Made by a program: the position numbers and the translations under genes. A DNA stretch of 64,000 nt from Thermoplasmatota archaeon. Its GTDB lineage: Archaea > Thermoplasmatota > E2 > DHVEG-1 > B18-G2. Position 1 is the first letter of the stretch; each line of letters starts with the position of its first letter. Below, piece by piece: positions 8,758 through 18,873 of the stretch. A model generated the notes under the pieces. It ran no database searches, was not told the DNA's origin, and was given only the letters and a program-made list of their open reading frames with translations. Location: the NCBI GenBank assembly GCA_029259115.1, contig JAPDJO010000035.1:11896-75895 (forward strand). The letters are read 5' to 3'.

Positions 8758-11240
8758 TGATTGCAGAGAGAATTGGAAACAATGTGGAGTTGAAAAATGG
8801 AAGGTACAGGATTCTGAAAAGAGGAGATCATTTTCTGTTGAAGGAGATCCTCATAAAAAAAGAGGAGCTTAAATACGCTTTTATCGGTGGGATGTGGTAT
8901 TACAGAGGGAGGTTTTCCTTGGAAAGCGATATCTCACTACCCTATCCCTTCTCAACATACTACACAATCAAGATTCCGGATAAGATACATCAAGGCAGGG
9001 TATGTAGATCTCTAATATATGTAAAGATGCCTGTAGCGGTTCTGCAGTTCAGAGATAGATGTCTATGCATTGAGTTTGATCCGGTAGTGAAGATAAAAGA
9101 TAAAGAGGTCTTTCCTTTTGTGTCGCTTGATGAAAATGAAGAACATTTTATGATCTCCTTTCACATATTCAACGAGTTTTTCATCAAGACCAAGAGAAAC
9201 GCATGGCTGGGATTTGGTAAAAATAGGAAGATTTGTCTCAACCTGAAAGAAGGAGATGAATTCAAGTTCAATGTAAGGATAAGAGAGTTTAGTGACTGGA
9301 GAGCTTGTATCAAGAGGATATTCTTGGAGAGATTGCCAGAAAAAGTGAGTGTTGATGATGCGGAAAAGATATTCTATAGAGGGAAAAGAGCTTTATGGAG
9401 ATCCTTTGACGAATTGACTGGAACATTCCTGCAACTTCCCTGGAGTGGAACAACTGGATTCGTTTTCGTAAACTCCAGCTACTCTTTACTCTCGTTTGAA
9501 GCAGTGAGGCTCTATTATTTCACGAAGTGGTACAGAGATAGTGGAGATAGAGATTTCTTGGAATGGAGCAGAAGATTGAAGGAGCTGCTCAAGAACCCTA
9601 AGCTTTATAAGAGAGAGTTGAAGAAAGGGGAAGGTATAGCCTGGTATAACATGACCAACTTGGGAAGGAAAGGTCTTGAGGGATTTTTTTATCTGGATTG
9701 TGGATACTCCGGCTACCCTGGTGGACAAGCTACTGTTGCATTTAACCTTCTAAGATATCTGGAAATGGAAGAGGATGCGGATCTTGAGACACTAGTAAAA
9801 GATTCTCTCAGATATATCCTTTCAACTCAAAATGCAAACGGCTCCTGGCCCATGGCGATACACCAGGAAGGAATGTTGAGATTCAGACCTGAAAAACTGG
9901 AAAAATATGAAACTACTGGAGGGACCGCAGAATGCATCAGGGCTTTGCTCTTGGGTTACAGAATGTTCAATGATGAGAGATTTCTGAAAAGTGCACTAAA
10001 GGGATTAGGATATCTAAGCAGAGAGTATCCCATATGTTATCATGGTCTCAGAGATATTGGAATAAATGAGGTTGAAGCTTTCTCGGCAATAAGCGTGATC
10101 GAAGCTTTCCTGGATGCATATGAGCTTATGGGCGACGAATCTTATCTGGAAAATGCCATAAATTATGCATTTTACACACTTACATGGTTTTATCTGTGCG
10201 ATACCGAAAGTTGGAAGATGAGTTTCAACTTCCATCCGATATCAGAATCTATAACCCCAAGACTATCCCCTTATGAAAGTGCATTGATCGTTTCAACGTA
10301 TTTTAGGCTGTATGACTTAACGGGAGATGAGTTCTGGTCAAGAATTGCAAGAGTATGTTACAGAGAAGTAACCAGATGGATCAGCAAGAATGGTGGTCTT
10401 TGCGAGGGGATCTTTCCTGATCTTTCTGATGGTCTCAGACCTTTGCCTATGGAACAGACGTTCGCTACCGTAGAGCTGATGAATGCATCCACCAGATTTT
10501 TCAATTTTTCACAGGGGTTTCAAAGATCTCTCGAAGAAGGTGAAGAACTTGAATTGAGAGTATCGGATGATAAAAAGAGGGTTGCTTTGGTCTACAAGGA
10601 TAAAGAGATTCTCGTATTCGATGTTGAGAAATTCAAGATAGTCTCTGTATGCAACGCTAATCTCAACAGCTATGGCATCTCGATCTCGTTTTTTGATCCA
10701 TACTCAACGTGGAACAGAATAAAAATGAAAATAAAGAAATTACTGAGAGGAAGGTATGGTAAGTTTATCCTTGGCTTAGGTGAAATCGGGCACTTTATTA
10801 AAGGGGTGGAAGAGCCGAAAAACAGAAAAAGATTGAAGATCAAGATGTTTGAGAATGTAAGAAAAAAAGATTTTGGCGTAGAGGTAGAGAATGGCTCTAC
10901 AGTTAAGGTTTTCTGTCGGACGGATCTACACAGAATGGAGAGCAAGATAAAAGGATGGTTCGATGGCAAAAGTTTCCACATACTGTTTGATCCCATAATC
11001 ATAGAGGTTCTGGATCACGATCTATACTGCACAAAGGTATTATTCCCTGTGATCGGCAGTAAGTTAAGATCATCAGAGGAAGGAAAACTGGTATTTGATG
11101 GGTTTGTTCTGCACATGGATTTCGATGATTTGGTGATAACAGAAGATTTTACAGCAATAGATCAAACTCTTTCAACCAACTGGACGCATGGAGGAGTGTA
11201 TAAAGGCAGATTCATGATAGAGATACCGCAACTGAAATAA
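8757..11240 (+). CDS. Hypothetical protein with central (alpha/alpha)-toroid domain (six-hairpin glycosidase / prenyltransferase-like)
   Basis: Repeated helical-hairpin motifs (GDRDFLEWSRRL, STQNANGSWP, NDERFLKSA, GDESYLENA, TGDEFWSRIA); TGATG coupling to the GT4 gene. Confidence 0.55.
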   Translation: MIAERIGNNVELKNGRYRILKRGDHFLLKEILIKKEELKYAFIGGMWYYRGRFSLESDISLPYPFSTYYTIKIPDKIHQGRVCRSLIYVKMPVAVLQFRDRCLCIEFDPVVKIKDKEVFPFVSLDENEEHFMISFHIFNEFFIKTKRNAWLGFGKNRKICLNLKEGDEFKFNVRIREFSDWRACIKRIFLERLPEKVSVDDAEKIFYRGKRALWRSFDELTGTFLQLPWSGTTGFVFVNSSYSLLSFEAVRLYYFTKWYRDSGDRDFLEWSRRLKELLKNPKLYKRELKKGEGIAWYNMTNLGRKGLEGFFYLDCGYSGYPGGQATVAFNLLRYLEMEEDADLETLVKDSLRYILSTQNANGSWPMAIHQEGMLRFRPEKLEKYETTGGTAECIRALLLGYRMFNDERFLKSALKGLGYLSREYPICYHGLRDIGINEVEAFSAISVIEAFLDAYELMGDESYLENAINYAFYTLTWFYLCDTESWKMSFNFHPISESITPRLSPYESALIVSTYFRLYDLTGDEFWSRIARVCYREVTRWISKNGGLCEGIFPDLSDGLRPLPMEQTFATVELMNASTRFFNFSQGFQRSLEEGEELELRVSDDKKRVALVYKDKEILVFDVEKFKIVSVCNANLNSYGISISFFDPYSTWNRIKMKIKKLLRGRYGKFILGLGEIGHFIKGVEEPKNRKRLKIKMFENVRKKDFGVEVENGSTVKVFCRTDLHRMESKIKGWFDGKSFHILFDPIIIEVLDHDLYCTKVLFPVIGSKLRSSEEGKLVFDGFVLHMDFDDLVITEDFTAIDQTLSTNWTHGGVYKGRFMIEIPQLK

Positions 11241-11269
11241 AAGAAGACTTCTTTCAACTGTTTCTTGGG

Positions 11270-12310
11270 ATGAGCAAACCTCTCTCCATAAATAAATGGT
11301 GGCTTCCCATCTCGATACTCATATCAATTGTAATGATAGCTCTGGTAATCTATATGACCGTGGATAGAGAAACCATCCACTACCTTTTCAAGATAGACCC
11401 TTTTTTCATCCTGATTGCAATATCATTGCATATAGCATCATGGTTTGTCTGGGCTCTAAGAATACTTATTCTATCCAAACTTGCAAAGCCAGATTGCAAC
11501 ATGAAGTTCATCGATTCTATAAATGCGGTTATAACAAACCTGTTTCTCGCAGCGGTAACCCCATCGATGGCTGGAGGTGAACCCGTTAGGATCCAGATGC
11601 TTTCGAAAAAGGGTCTTGGTGTAGGAAGAGCTACCGCAGTTGTTATAGGTGAGAGGATATTTGATGCTATCCTTGTAATCTCTCTACTTCCTTTTGGGAT
11701 CGCGGTAATAATATCACAAACCGGTATAGCTTCCAGCAGAGCGGTGATGCTTGGTCTCGCGATTGGGCTGGCACTATTTTGCTTAGGTATAGCTATATTC
11801 ATGTACAGCCTGCTGAAACCGGAAAAGATCAAGAATATTATCATAAGGTTAAATGAAAGATTCTCATCGATACTAAAGGGGAGGATAGATACCGAAAAGT
11901 TCATCAGGACGATCGAGGGATTTATTAGGGAGTTTCAGATCGGGTCAAAGTTCATATTCAGCATGAAAAACAGCAGGGGTGTAATTGCTGTATTCGCTCT
12001 CACTGCTGTGTATTGGTTTCTCGAGTTTCTTGTTGCATCGTTTGTTCTACTTAGCCTACATCAGGATCCAATATGGATAAAATCTGTAGCTGCTCAGATT
12101 CTGTTACTTGTCGTCATAATGATACCTTTGACTCCAGGGAGTAGTGGATTGGCAGAAGGAGTGGGTAGTCTGATCTATGGCAATATGGTAAACTTGTCGA
12201 TACTGGGCATATTCATCGCTCTCTGGAGATTTTTAACCTACCACATAAACATAATCGTGGGTGGTCTTTATCAGTACAAATTGGTCAAATCCTTCCTTCC
12301 AGAGTACTAA
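11270..12310 (+). CDS. Flippase-like membrane protein (lysylphosphatidylglycerol synthase TM / UPF0104 family)
   Basis: VTPSMAGGEPVR, ERIFD, TPGSSGLAE and LWRFLTY motifs. Confidence 0.85.
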   Translation: MSKPLSINKWWLPISILISIVMIALVIYMTVDRETIHYLFKIDPFFILIAISLHIASWFVWALRILILSKLAKPDCNMKFIDSINAVITNLFLAAVTPSMAGGEPVRIQMLSKKGLGVGRATAVVIGERIFDAILVISLLPFGIAVIISQTGIASSRAVMLGLAIGLALFCLGIAIFMYSLLKPEKIKNIIIRLNERFSSILKGRIDTEKFIRTIEGFIREFQIGSKFIFSMKNSRGVIAVFALTAVYWFLEFLVASFVLLSLHQDPIWIKSVAAQILLLVVIMIPLTPGSSGLAEGVGSLIYGNMVNLSILGIFIALWRFLTYHINIIVGGLYQYKLVKSFLPEY

Positions 12311-12718
12311 TTACTCAACTATCAAATCCTTTGAGTTTTTATCCGTTGTAGAAAGCAGAAACTCGTTACTCATACTGAGAGCATTTACCGGACAAGCATC
12401 GGTGCACTGTGCACAGAATGTGCATCTGTTCACATATATTCTTATCTTCTTCTTATCCTCTATGTACTCTATGGCATCTGAAGGGCATACTTTTGTACAA
12501 AGCCTACAACCTATACATTTCTCTCTATCATAGACTATCTTTCCTCTGAATCCCGGAGGTGTTTCGATTGGCGGATTTATCTTGATCTCCCCTTTCTTAA
12601 CAGCTTCGACAAATCTGCTCGGAGATGATGGAGCATATTTTGCTGGAAATAGGTTTGTGAAAGGTCTCCTGAACATCTGCCTTATCAATTCTCCTATCAT
12701 CGCAAACCTCATATCCAT
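12311..12718 (-). CDS. mbhN: Mbh hydrogenase 2x[4Fe-4S] subunit (NuoI-like)
   Basis: CIGCRLCTKVCP and CTFCAQCTDACP; FRGKI motif. Confidence 0.9.
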   Translation of the reverse strand: MDMRFAMIGELIRQMFRRPFTNLFPAKYAPSSPSRFVEAVKKGEIKINPPIETPPGFRGKIVYDREKCIGCRLCTKVCPSDAIEYIEDKKKIRIYVNRCTFCAQCTDACPVNALSMSNEFLLSTTDKNSKDLIVE

Positions 12719-13728
12719 CCCCTTGAGATGGCAACTTTGTCAAACATCACAAGAACTAAACCTATTAAACTGATTAAAGTCAAGGTTATCCAGTACGTGG
12801 AAACAACCTGATCTATCTTTAGCCTGGCGACGCCCACCCTTATAAGGGTTACAGAAAATAGGATGACCAGGAAAACCTTCAGCAAGTAGAACAGAAAGTC
12901 TGCGATGTATGCTGCATAACTAGACAAATTAAGGATCGGTGAAAGGTTGTACGGGAAGAAGAGAGTCACTATGATTGTAGCCATCGCTACCGTTTTTACC
13001 GCATCCGCTAGATAGAACATTCCCAGATTTCTTCCCGAGTATTCAACCAGTAGACCTCCAGCTATCTCTGTCTCAGCCTCTGGAACATCAAATGGTATCT
13101 TTGAGAGCTCTCCAGGTGTGACTATCACCAGAATTACTAGCAATAGGAGTAGACCTAGTATCCCTAAAATTCCGACGTTATTCCATATTGGATATGATGC
13201 TATGGAGGAGAGTGAAAATGGATTTTGGACATTTGCTTCGTTCAATCTCCATGCAATAGAGATTATCGCTATTGCAAGAGGGAATTCATAAGAAATCATC
13301 AAGACCATCTCTCTCTGGGCTCCAACCGTAGCATAGGGTGAACTCGATGCAAATCCTCCAAGTACCATGGCAAGGGATGGTATCATTAGAAGGTATAGGA
13401 TCAGTATCAAATCACCCTCTGTAGATAGTATCGGTCCAAAACTACCTATCGGCAGATATAACATGATCGTTATAGAAGATGCCAAAGCTATTACAGGAGC
13501 TAAATTAAACAGCCATCCTACCGCCTGTTCGGGTACAATATTCTCTTTGGAGAAAAGCTTTATCACATCCCAAAAGGGTTGTCTTATGGGTGGCCCTACT
13601 CTAGCCTGCATGTGAGCAGCTAATTTCCTATCTATACCTTTGTAAAGTAAGCCAAAGATGATTGTAAATATAGCTATCCCTATCGCTCCAAATACAGCTT
13701 TGAATGCCTGATCTATTATCTCAATCAT
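12709..13728 (-). CDS. mbhM: Mbh membrane anchor subunit (NuoH-like)
   Basis: RKLAAHMQARVGPP, PFDVPEAETEI..EYSG. Confidence 0.92.
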   Translation of the reverse strand: MIEIIDQAFKAVFGAIGIAIFTIIFGLLYKGIDRKLAAHMQARVGPPIRQPFWDVIKLFSKENIVPEQAVGWLFNLAPVIALASSITIMLYLPIGSFGPILSTEGDLILILYLLMIPSLAMVLGGFASSSPYATVGAQREMVLMISYEFPLAIAIISIAWRLNEANVQNPFSLSSIASYPIWNNVGILGILGLLLLLVILVIVTPGELSKIPFDVPEAETEIAGGLLVEYSGRNLGMFYLADAVKTVAMATIIVTLFFPYNLSPILNLSSYAAYIADFLFYLLKVFLVILFSVTLIRVGVARLKIDQVVSTYWITLTLISLIGLVLVMFDKVAISRGWI

Positions 13729-14942
13729 CCGATCAGCCTCCTGGTCTTTTCGATGCTCAATTTATGAAGATACTCATGTGTTACTATCTCTTTTCTTCCA
13801 TCCTTCACTATAGCTACTCTATTGGTACAGGAAAGGCATGGATCTGTAGATGCAGCAACGATGGGTATATCCGCTATCTGCTCGCCTTTTAGCATGGGTA
13901 TCCATGGCATGAGATTATTATAGGTTGGTGCTCTCACTTTCCAAGTATATGGTGTATCTTGCTCTCTCATCTTAACGTAGTGTATAACCTCTCCCCTCGG
14001 TGCTTCTGCTCTACCTACACCATCTCCAGATGCTTTTTTGAGTAGAGCTAAGAGTTTCGCTACCTTTGGTTCAAACATTATCTCTCCATCTGGCATGTTG
14101 TCCAAGCATTGCTCAATTATCTCTACCGATTGCTTAACTTCCAGCAATCTCACAATGATCCTATCGTAAACATCTCCTCTTATCTCTCCAGTGAGTATGT
14201 CTGGAGTGATATAATCTATGTCAAGATCTCCATAAGCCGCATATGGAAAGTCTACCCTGACATCCTTCTTTACCCCACTTGCCCTCGTTGTTGGACCTAC
14301 CGCGCAGAGTTTGAGAGCATCTTCCTTTGTCAATATTCCGCAGTCCCTACTTCTCAACTTAACCGTCTTATCATCGAGGAAAACATGCTTGAGCTTTTCA
14401 AACGATTTCTTGTAGAAATCTAGTGCTTCTCTTATCTTTGGATACTGCTCTTTTGTTATATCTCTCCTCACCCCTCCTATGGTAAACATGGCTTTCGTTA
14501 TCCTGTTACCAGTAAGGTACTCCAGTAGATCCAGAACCTTTTCTCTGACTCTCCATGTTAGGTAAAGAACAGAATCAAATCCTATCTCGTGAGCGGCTAC
14601 ACCTGCCCATAGGATGTGAGAATGGATTCTCTCGAGTTCCGCTATTATCGTTCTTATGTACTGAGCCCTATCTGGGACATCTATCTTTGCAGCATTCTCC
14701 ACAGCTATACAGAATGCAAAAGGGTGAGAAATGTTACATATACCGCATATCCTCTCAGCTATTGGCAATATCTGCAAAGGATTTTTCCTATGCATCCCTA
14801 TCCATTCTATCCCCCTATGGACATGCCCTACTTTGAAATCAACGTTTACTATCCTCTCTCCCTCTATCTCGAACTCAAACATTACAGGCTCCTTTAGCGC
14901 GGGATGCACTGGACCTATTGGAATAGAATAGCTAACCTTCAT
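13725..14942 (-). CDS. mbhL: Group 4 [NiFe]-hydrogenase large (catalytic) subunit
   Basis: GPVHPALKEP, L1 ERICGIC, L2 DPCLSCTNR (all four Ni ligands present), and a C-terminal extension. Confidence 0.93.
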   Translation of the reverse strand: MKVSYSIPIGPVHPALKEPVMFEFEIEGERIVNVDFKVGHVHRGIEWIGMHRKNPLQILPIAERICGICNISHPFAFCIAVENAAKIDVPDRAQYIRTIIAELERIHSHILWAGVAAHEIGFDSVLYLTWRVREKVLDLLEYLTGNRITKAMFTIGGVRRDITKEQYPKIREALDFYKKSFEKLKHVFLDDKTVKLRSRDCGILTKEDALKLCAVGPTTRASGVKKDVRVDFPYAAYGDLDIDYITPDILTGEIRGDVYDRIIVRLLEVKQSVEIIEQCLDNMPDGEIMFEPKVAKLLALLKKASGDGVGRAEAPRGEVIHYVKMREQDTPYTWKVRAPTYNNLMPWIPMLKGEQIADIPIVAASTDPCLSCTNRVAIVKDGRKEIVTHEYLHKLSIEKTRRLIG

Positions 14943-15468
14943 CTTCTCTCACCTCGTAAAGATCTCTAATCATTTTATCAGGTCCTGTTTCATCCCTGCG
15001 CCATGGATACACGCCTTCTGGAAAGTCTTCTGGCAGGAATATTCTTCTATCATCAGGTATACCCTCTATCTTTATTCCCAGCATCTCCTGCTTCTCTCTC
15101 TCTGTAACCAGTGCTCCAGGGATAAGATCACAGATCGTTGGAACCGTGAGATCATTCTTGGGTAATTCAATTGAAAAGTTTATTGCTATTTCTTGGTATT
15201 TTCTTCCATAGTATATTGAAAAGTGATATATCAGCTCCACAGTGTTACCAAGATCACTGCCAGATATTATGGCAAGGTGAGGATAATCTAGCTCCATGAG
15301 ATATTTGACAAAGTCTTTAAGTATCTCTCTCCTCCCCTTAATCCATAGGTTCACTCTTTCCCTTTTCTTAACTCCAACAGCCTTCTTATCTATAGTTATA
15401 TCCTTAACTTCAAATCTCTTCTTTATCTCCTCTGCAAGCTCCTCTGCGGTCAGTATCTTCTCGCTCAT
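14932..15468 (-). CDS. mbhK: Mbh NuoC-like subunit
   Basis: EREKQEMLGI, FPEGVYPWR; start at MSEK (15468). Confidence 0.88.
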   Translation of the reverse strand: MSEKILTAEELAEEIKKRFEVKDITIDKKAVGVKKRERVNLWIKGRREILKDFVKYLMELDYPHLAIISGSDLGNTVELIYHFSIYYGRKYQEIAINFSIELPKNDLTVPTICDLIPGALVTEREKQEMLGIKIEGIPDDRRIFLPEDFPEGVYPWRRDETGPDKMIRDLYEVREDEG

Positions 15469-15902
15469 CTCTTCCCCTCCAAGCTCTCCAGTTTCAACCA
15501 AGCTTTGACTACACCATCGATTATAGCTTCTGGTCTTGGAGGACAGCCAGGCACATACACATCTACGGGAATCAATCTATCAACCGGACCAACTAGGTTG
15601 TATGATGTATGGAAAGTATGACCAGTGGATCCACAGTTTCCAACAACTATAACAGCCTTTGGATCCGGAACTTGTTCATATACCCTTTTTACCTTATCTG
15701 CCATCTGTCTGGTTACTGGACCAGTAACTAGCAAAACATCTGCATGTCTTGGAGATCCAACAAGCTTTATTCCAAATCTCTCAACGTCATATCTAGGAGT
15801 TAGAGCAGCTATTATCTCTATATCACAGCCATTGCAAGATCCTGTATTGAGATGGAACACCCAAAGAGATCTCTTGAACGATTTTGGAAGAGTTGTTTGC
15901 AT
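15465..15902 (-). CDS. mbhJ: Mbh hydrogenase small subunit (NuoB-like)
   Basis: GSCNGCDIE, SPRHADVLLVTG, GCPPRPE; start at ATG 15902 overlapping the mbhI stop. Confidence 0.92.
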   Translation of the reverse strand: MQTTLPKSFKRSLWVFHLNTGSCNGCDIEIIAALTPRYDVERFGIKLVGSPRHADVLLVTGPVTRQMADKVKRVYEQVPDPKAVIVVGNCGSTGHTFHTSYNLVGPVDRLIPVDVYVPGCPPRPEAIIDGVVKAWLKLESLEGKR

Positions 15903-16237
15903 TAAATCACCTCCACAACAACGAACAGGAGGATTATTACAATAATGAACCATAAAACATAATCTCTGAGATCTCCAGTATGGAGTTTTTTCATCATCTG
16001 ATAGTATCCTTTCATAGATTCCTTGAATCCCCAGTAAAGATTCTCGCTCTTCAGCATCAATTTATCTGGCTCTTCCACATTTCCTGATAAGAATGGCTTT
16101 ACCTGCTCGGTATCTTTCTTGTAGTCTCTCCTACCAAACGATCGTATTATGTAAACTATGAGCAGAGAAACGATGAATGCTATAAGCCATGCAATTGGAT
16201 TCCAGAATCCACTTCCGGTAGGCAAGGTAAAGTCCAT
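15902..16237 (-). CDS. mbhI: Mbh membrane subunit I
   Basis: SGFWNPIAW, KPFLSGN, HTGDLRDYVLW; position between mbhH and mbhJ. Confidence 0.85.
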   Translation of the reverse strand: MDFTLPTGSGFWNPIAWLIAFIVSLLIVYIIRSFGRRDYKKDTEQVKPFLSGNVEEPDKLMLKSENLYWGFKESMKGYYQMMKKLHTGDLRDYVLWFIIVIILLFVVVEVI

Positions 16238-17785
16238 CTAAACACCCCCAAGTATTGAACCTATGTAAGCATCTACATTCGACAGTGCATGAACCGCAGG
16301 ATTGACTATGGAGTTTACAACAAGGCTTGGAAATATACCGAATAAGACTATAATTAAAGATATGCATGCCATCGATATGAGCATGGGTTTCGGAACCTCT
16401 TTGATATCCTTTAGGTTTGAATTCTCGGGCCCGAGGAATACAGAGTAAAAGATTCTGACGAATATGGCAAGCATGAGTATACTTGAGAGGATAGCTATTA
16501 TTGCGAGAATTGGATTTAATGCATAGGTTGATTCATAGATCAGTATCTTCGATGCAAATCCGTTCATTGGTGGCATGCCAGACGCAGCCAGCAAACCGAT
16601 GAGGAAAAATATAGTGGTAAATCTCATCCTTCTTGCCAAACCTCCAAGGTTATTCATGTCCCTCTCCTTGGTCGCATAGATGATTGAACCCGCAGCAAGG
16701 AATAGTAGACCCATATCTAAAGCATCATTAAATATGTGAAAGATCCCTCCTTTGAGAGCTGTTACTCCATGACCTTCTACTCCTAAGAACAGAGCAGTAC
16801 CTATCCCAAGTAATATATATCCCATCTCGGCAACGGCAGCATAGGCTATCGCTCTCGTCAAGCTGGATTGGATTAGAGTCATTGTTGCTCCTATGAATAT
16901 AGAGGCGAAGGCTAGAGCGACTAAAACACCTGCTATAGCTTGCATATCAAAAGCTTTACCATAAATCGTAAAGCAAACTCTAATTAAACCATACAAACTT
17001 GCTTGGGTTGCAGCTATTATTGCAAAGGTAACAGATGATGGAGCTTCGCCATAAGCATCTGGCATCCACATATGCATCGGAGCTATACCTGACTTCATCG
17101 CCAAAGATCCTATCAGAAGAATAAGGGCTATCTTATCTATGTAGGTATTGCTGAGAGAGTTTGCTATCATAGCCATATTTAAGGCATCGTATTGTCCGTA
17201 AAGAAGACCGATCGCAAATAATAGGAAGAGAGCACCAATAGAGCTTATAGCGAGATATTTAATTGCTGCCTCAAGGGACTCTCCCCTATCCACTGAGAAA
17301 GCGATCAAAGCGGATGCAGATATTGATGCTATCTCTATAAACACGAAGAAGTTGAACATATCTCCAGTTAGCTCCATGCCTAGCATACCAACTAAGAGAA
17401 GCAAGAGTAAGGTATAGTATCTATCAGAGCCGTTTTCATCTTTTATGAAGGATGTTGAGTATAGAACCGCAAAGAATGCAAGGAGCAAACTTATCATAGC
17501 CATGAATATACTCATTCCATCTATCTCAAATATTATCCTAACAGGTATAGAAATCGTGGATGGTGATGTTAAAGAGGGGATTTTTGCACCAAATGTGTAT
17601 TTGATGATACCTTCTGAGTAAACCTGCTGTGCCAAGATGATACCTATGATAGAGGTCAGTATGAGAATAATCAGAACAAATGCATCCCTTACCCTTCTAC
17701 CCAATTTTCCTATTAAAGGTGTAAGGAAAGCTCCGAGGAGAGGAATTGCTATTATTAGAGCTGGAGAATGAACCGCTATATTCAT
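16238..17785 (-). CDS. mbhH: Mbh antiporter-like ion-translocating subunit (MrpD/NuoM-N-like)
   Basis: GDMFNFFVFIE, KSGIAPMHMWMPDAY, GMPPMNGFASK; about 14 TM helices. Confidence 0.9.
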   Translation of the reverse strand: MNIAVHSPALIIAIPLLGAFLTPLIGKLGRRVRDAFVLIILILTSIIGIILAQQVYSEGIIKYTFGAKIPSLTSPSTISIPVRIIFEIDGMSIFMAMISLLLAFFAVLYSTSFIKDENGSDRYYTLLLLLLVGMLGMELTGDMFNFFVFIEIASISASALIAFSVDRGESLEAAIKYLAISSIGALFLLFAIGLLYGQYDALNMAMIANSLSNTYIDKIALILLIGSLAMKSGIAPMHMWMPDAYGEAPSSVTFAIIAATQASLYGLIRVCFTIYGKAFDMQAIAGVLVALAFASIFIGATMTLIQSSLTRAIAYAAVAEMGYILLGIGTALFLGVEGHGVTALKGGIFHIFNDALDMGLLFLAAGSIIYATKERDMNNLGGLARRMRFTTIFFLIGLLAASGMPPMNGFASKILIYESTYALNPILAIIAILSSILMLAIFVRIFYSVFLGPENSNLKDIKEVPKPMLISMACISLIIVLFGIFPSLVVNSIVNPAVHALSNVDAYIGSILGGV

Positions 17786-18141
17786 CCCTTCAACCTCCTT
17801 ATCTTCGATATATCCAAGGTTCCGTATCTCTTATAGATCTGGACTGAGATCGCCAACATAAGAGCTAGCACAGCAACTCCTATGACTATACTTGTTAGTG
17901 TCAATGCTTGAGGAACTGGAAGAGTCATTCCTCCAGGTATGCTTGTGCCTTCCGGAAGGTTTGTATAGATAGGTGCAACTGCATTCTTTCTGTATCCTAA
18001 GGTTATGAGAAACAGATTAACTCCGCTTTCTAAAATGGTAATACCTATGACAATCTTTATCAGATTTCTCTTGAACAGTATAGCGTAGAGACCTATCATT
18101 ATAAGGGCTGCAACCGCTATGTAAGGAATATTGTAGATCAT
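17782..18141 (-). CDS. mbhG: Mbh/Mrp subunit (MrpC-like)
   Basis: NLIKIVIG..ESGVNL, PVPQALTLTSIVI. Confidence 0.88.
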   Translation of the reverse strand: MIYNIPYIAVAALIMIGLYAILFKRNLIKIVIGITILESGVNLFLITLGYRKNAVAPIYTNLPEGTSIPGGMTLPVPQALTLTSIVIGVAVLALMLAISVQIYKRYGTLDISKIRRLKG

Positions 18142-18611
18142 TTCCTTCTACCCTCCTTTGCTCTTGCAACAAAGGATAGGATCAGTACTACAGCAAAAAG
18201 ACCCGCTATTACCTTTAAACCGACGCTTATGTTCATCAAAGGAAGCACACCACCAGTATTCATATCTCCAGGGTTGCTCCCAAATGGAGGTATTCTCCCA
18301 AATATGAAGTTTGATCCTGCTAGAAAGTTGTAGAAGAACGTTGTTGATAATCCGAGGAGAGCTAATGATATAAAGCTTAAAGCACCTACGCTTTCCAAAA
18401 TAGACAAATGAGATTCTTTGATTTTTTTAGCGATCTCAGCAGAACCAAATGCTACGAGAAGGAGAACTATACCAGAAGCTGTGACCGCTCCGCCCTGAAA
18501 ACCTCCTCCTGGAGTGAGGTGACCATGAACGATTATGTACAACCCATAAACAATTATGAATGGAAAGATTATAGATGCGATGGTCTTAACGATCTTTGAT
18601 GGTTCATTCAT
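18138..18611 (-). CDS. mbhF: Mbh/Mrp subunit (MrpB C-terminal-like)
   Basis: HGHLTPGGGFQGG, VGLKV. Confidence 0.88.
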   Translation of the reverse strand: MNEPSKIVKTIASIIFPFIIVYGLYIIVHGHLTPGGGFQGGAVTASGIVLLLVAFGSAEIAKKIKESHLSILESVGALSFISLALLGLSTTFFYNFLAGSNFIFGRIPPFGSNPGDMNTGGVLPLMNISVGLKVIAGLFAVVLILSFVARAKEGRRK

Positions 18612-18873
18612 GAGCATACCTCCTTAACACAAGTAAAACTCCAGCAACTGCAGTAAACAAAACCGTAGCCTCTCCAAGGGTATCAAATCCTCTATAATCA
18701 AAAACCACTGAGGTTACTGCATTGTTTGCCCCAGTCTCATTCTGGGCATTTTCTATTATGTAATCGTCCATCTCCGTAGACCTAGGTTCTCCAAACGGTC
18801 TTAATGTCAAAGCTGTTGAAACCAATATACATGAGAAGATGATAAAGACTATCAGAGCCACTTTCTTGTTCAT
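18604..18873 (-). CDS. mbhE: Mbh/Mrp subunit E
   Basis: NAVTSVVFDYRGFDTLGE. Confidence 0.88.
   Translation of the reverse strand: MNKKVALIVFIIFSCILVSTALTLRPFGEPRSTEMDDYIIENAQNETGANNAVTSVVFDYRGFDTLGEATVLFTAVAGVLLVLRRYAHE

Noticed and set aside
13725-14942. Mbx/Mbs sulfane reductase or complex I-like assignment
   Set aside because: All four Ni-ligating cysteines are present and the operon has the single-MbhH, 14-gene layout.
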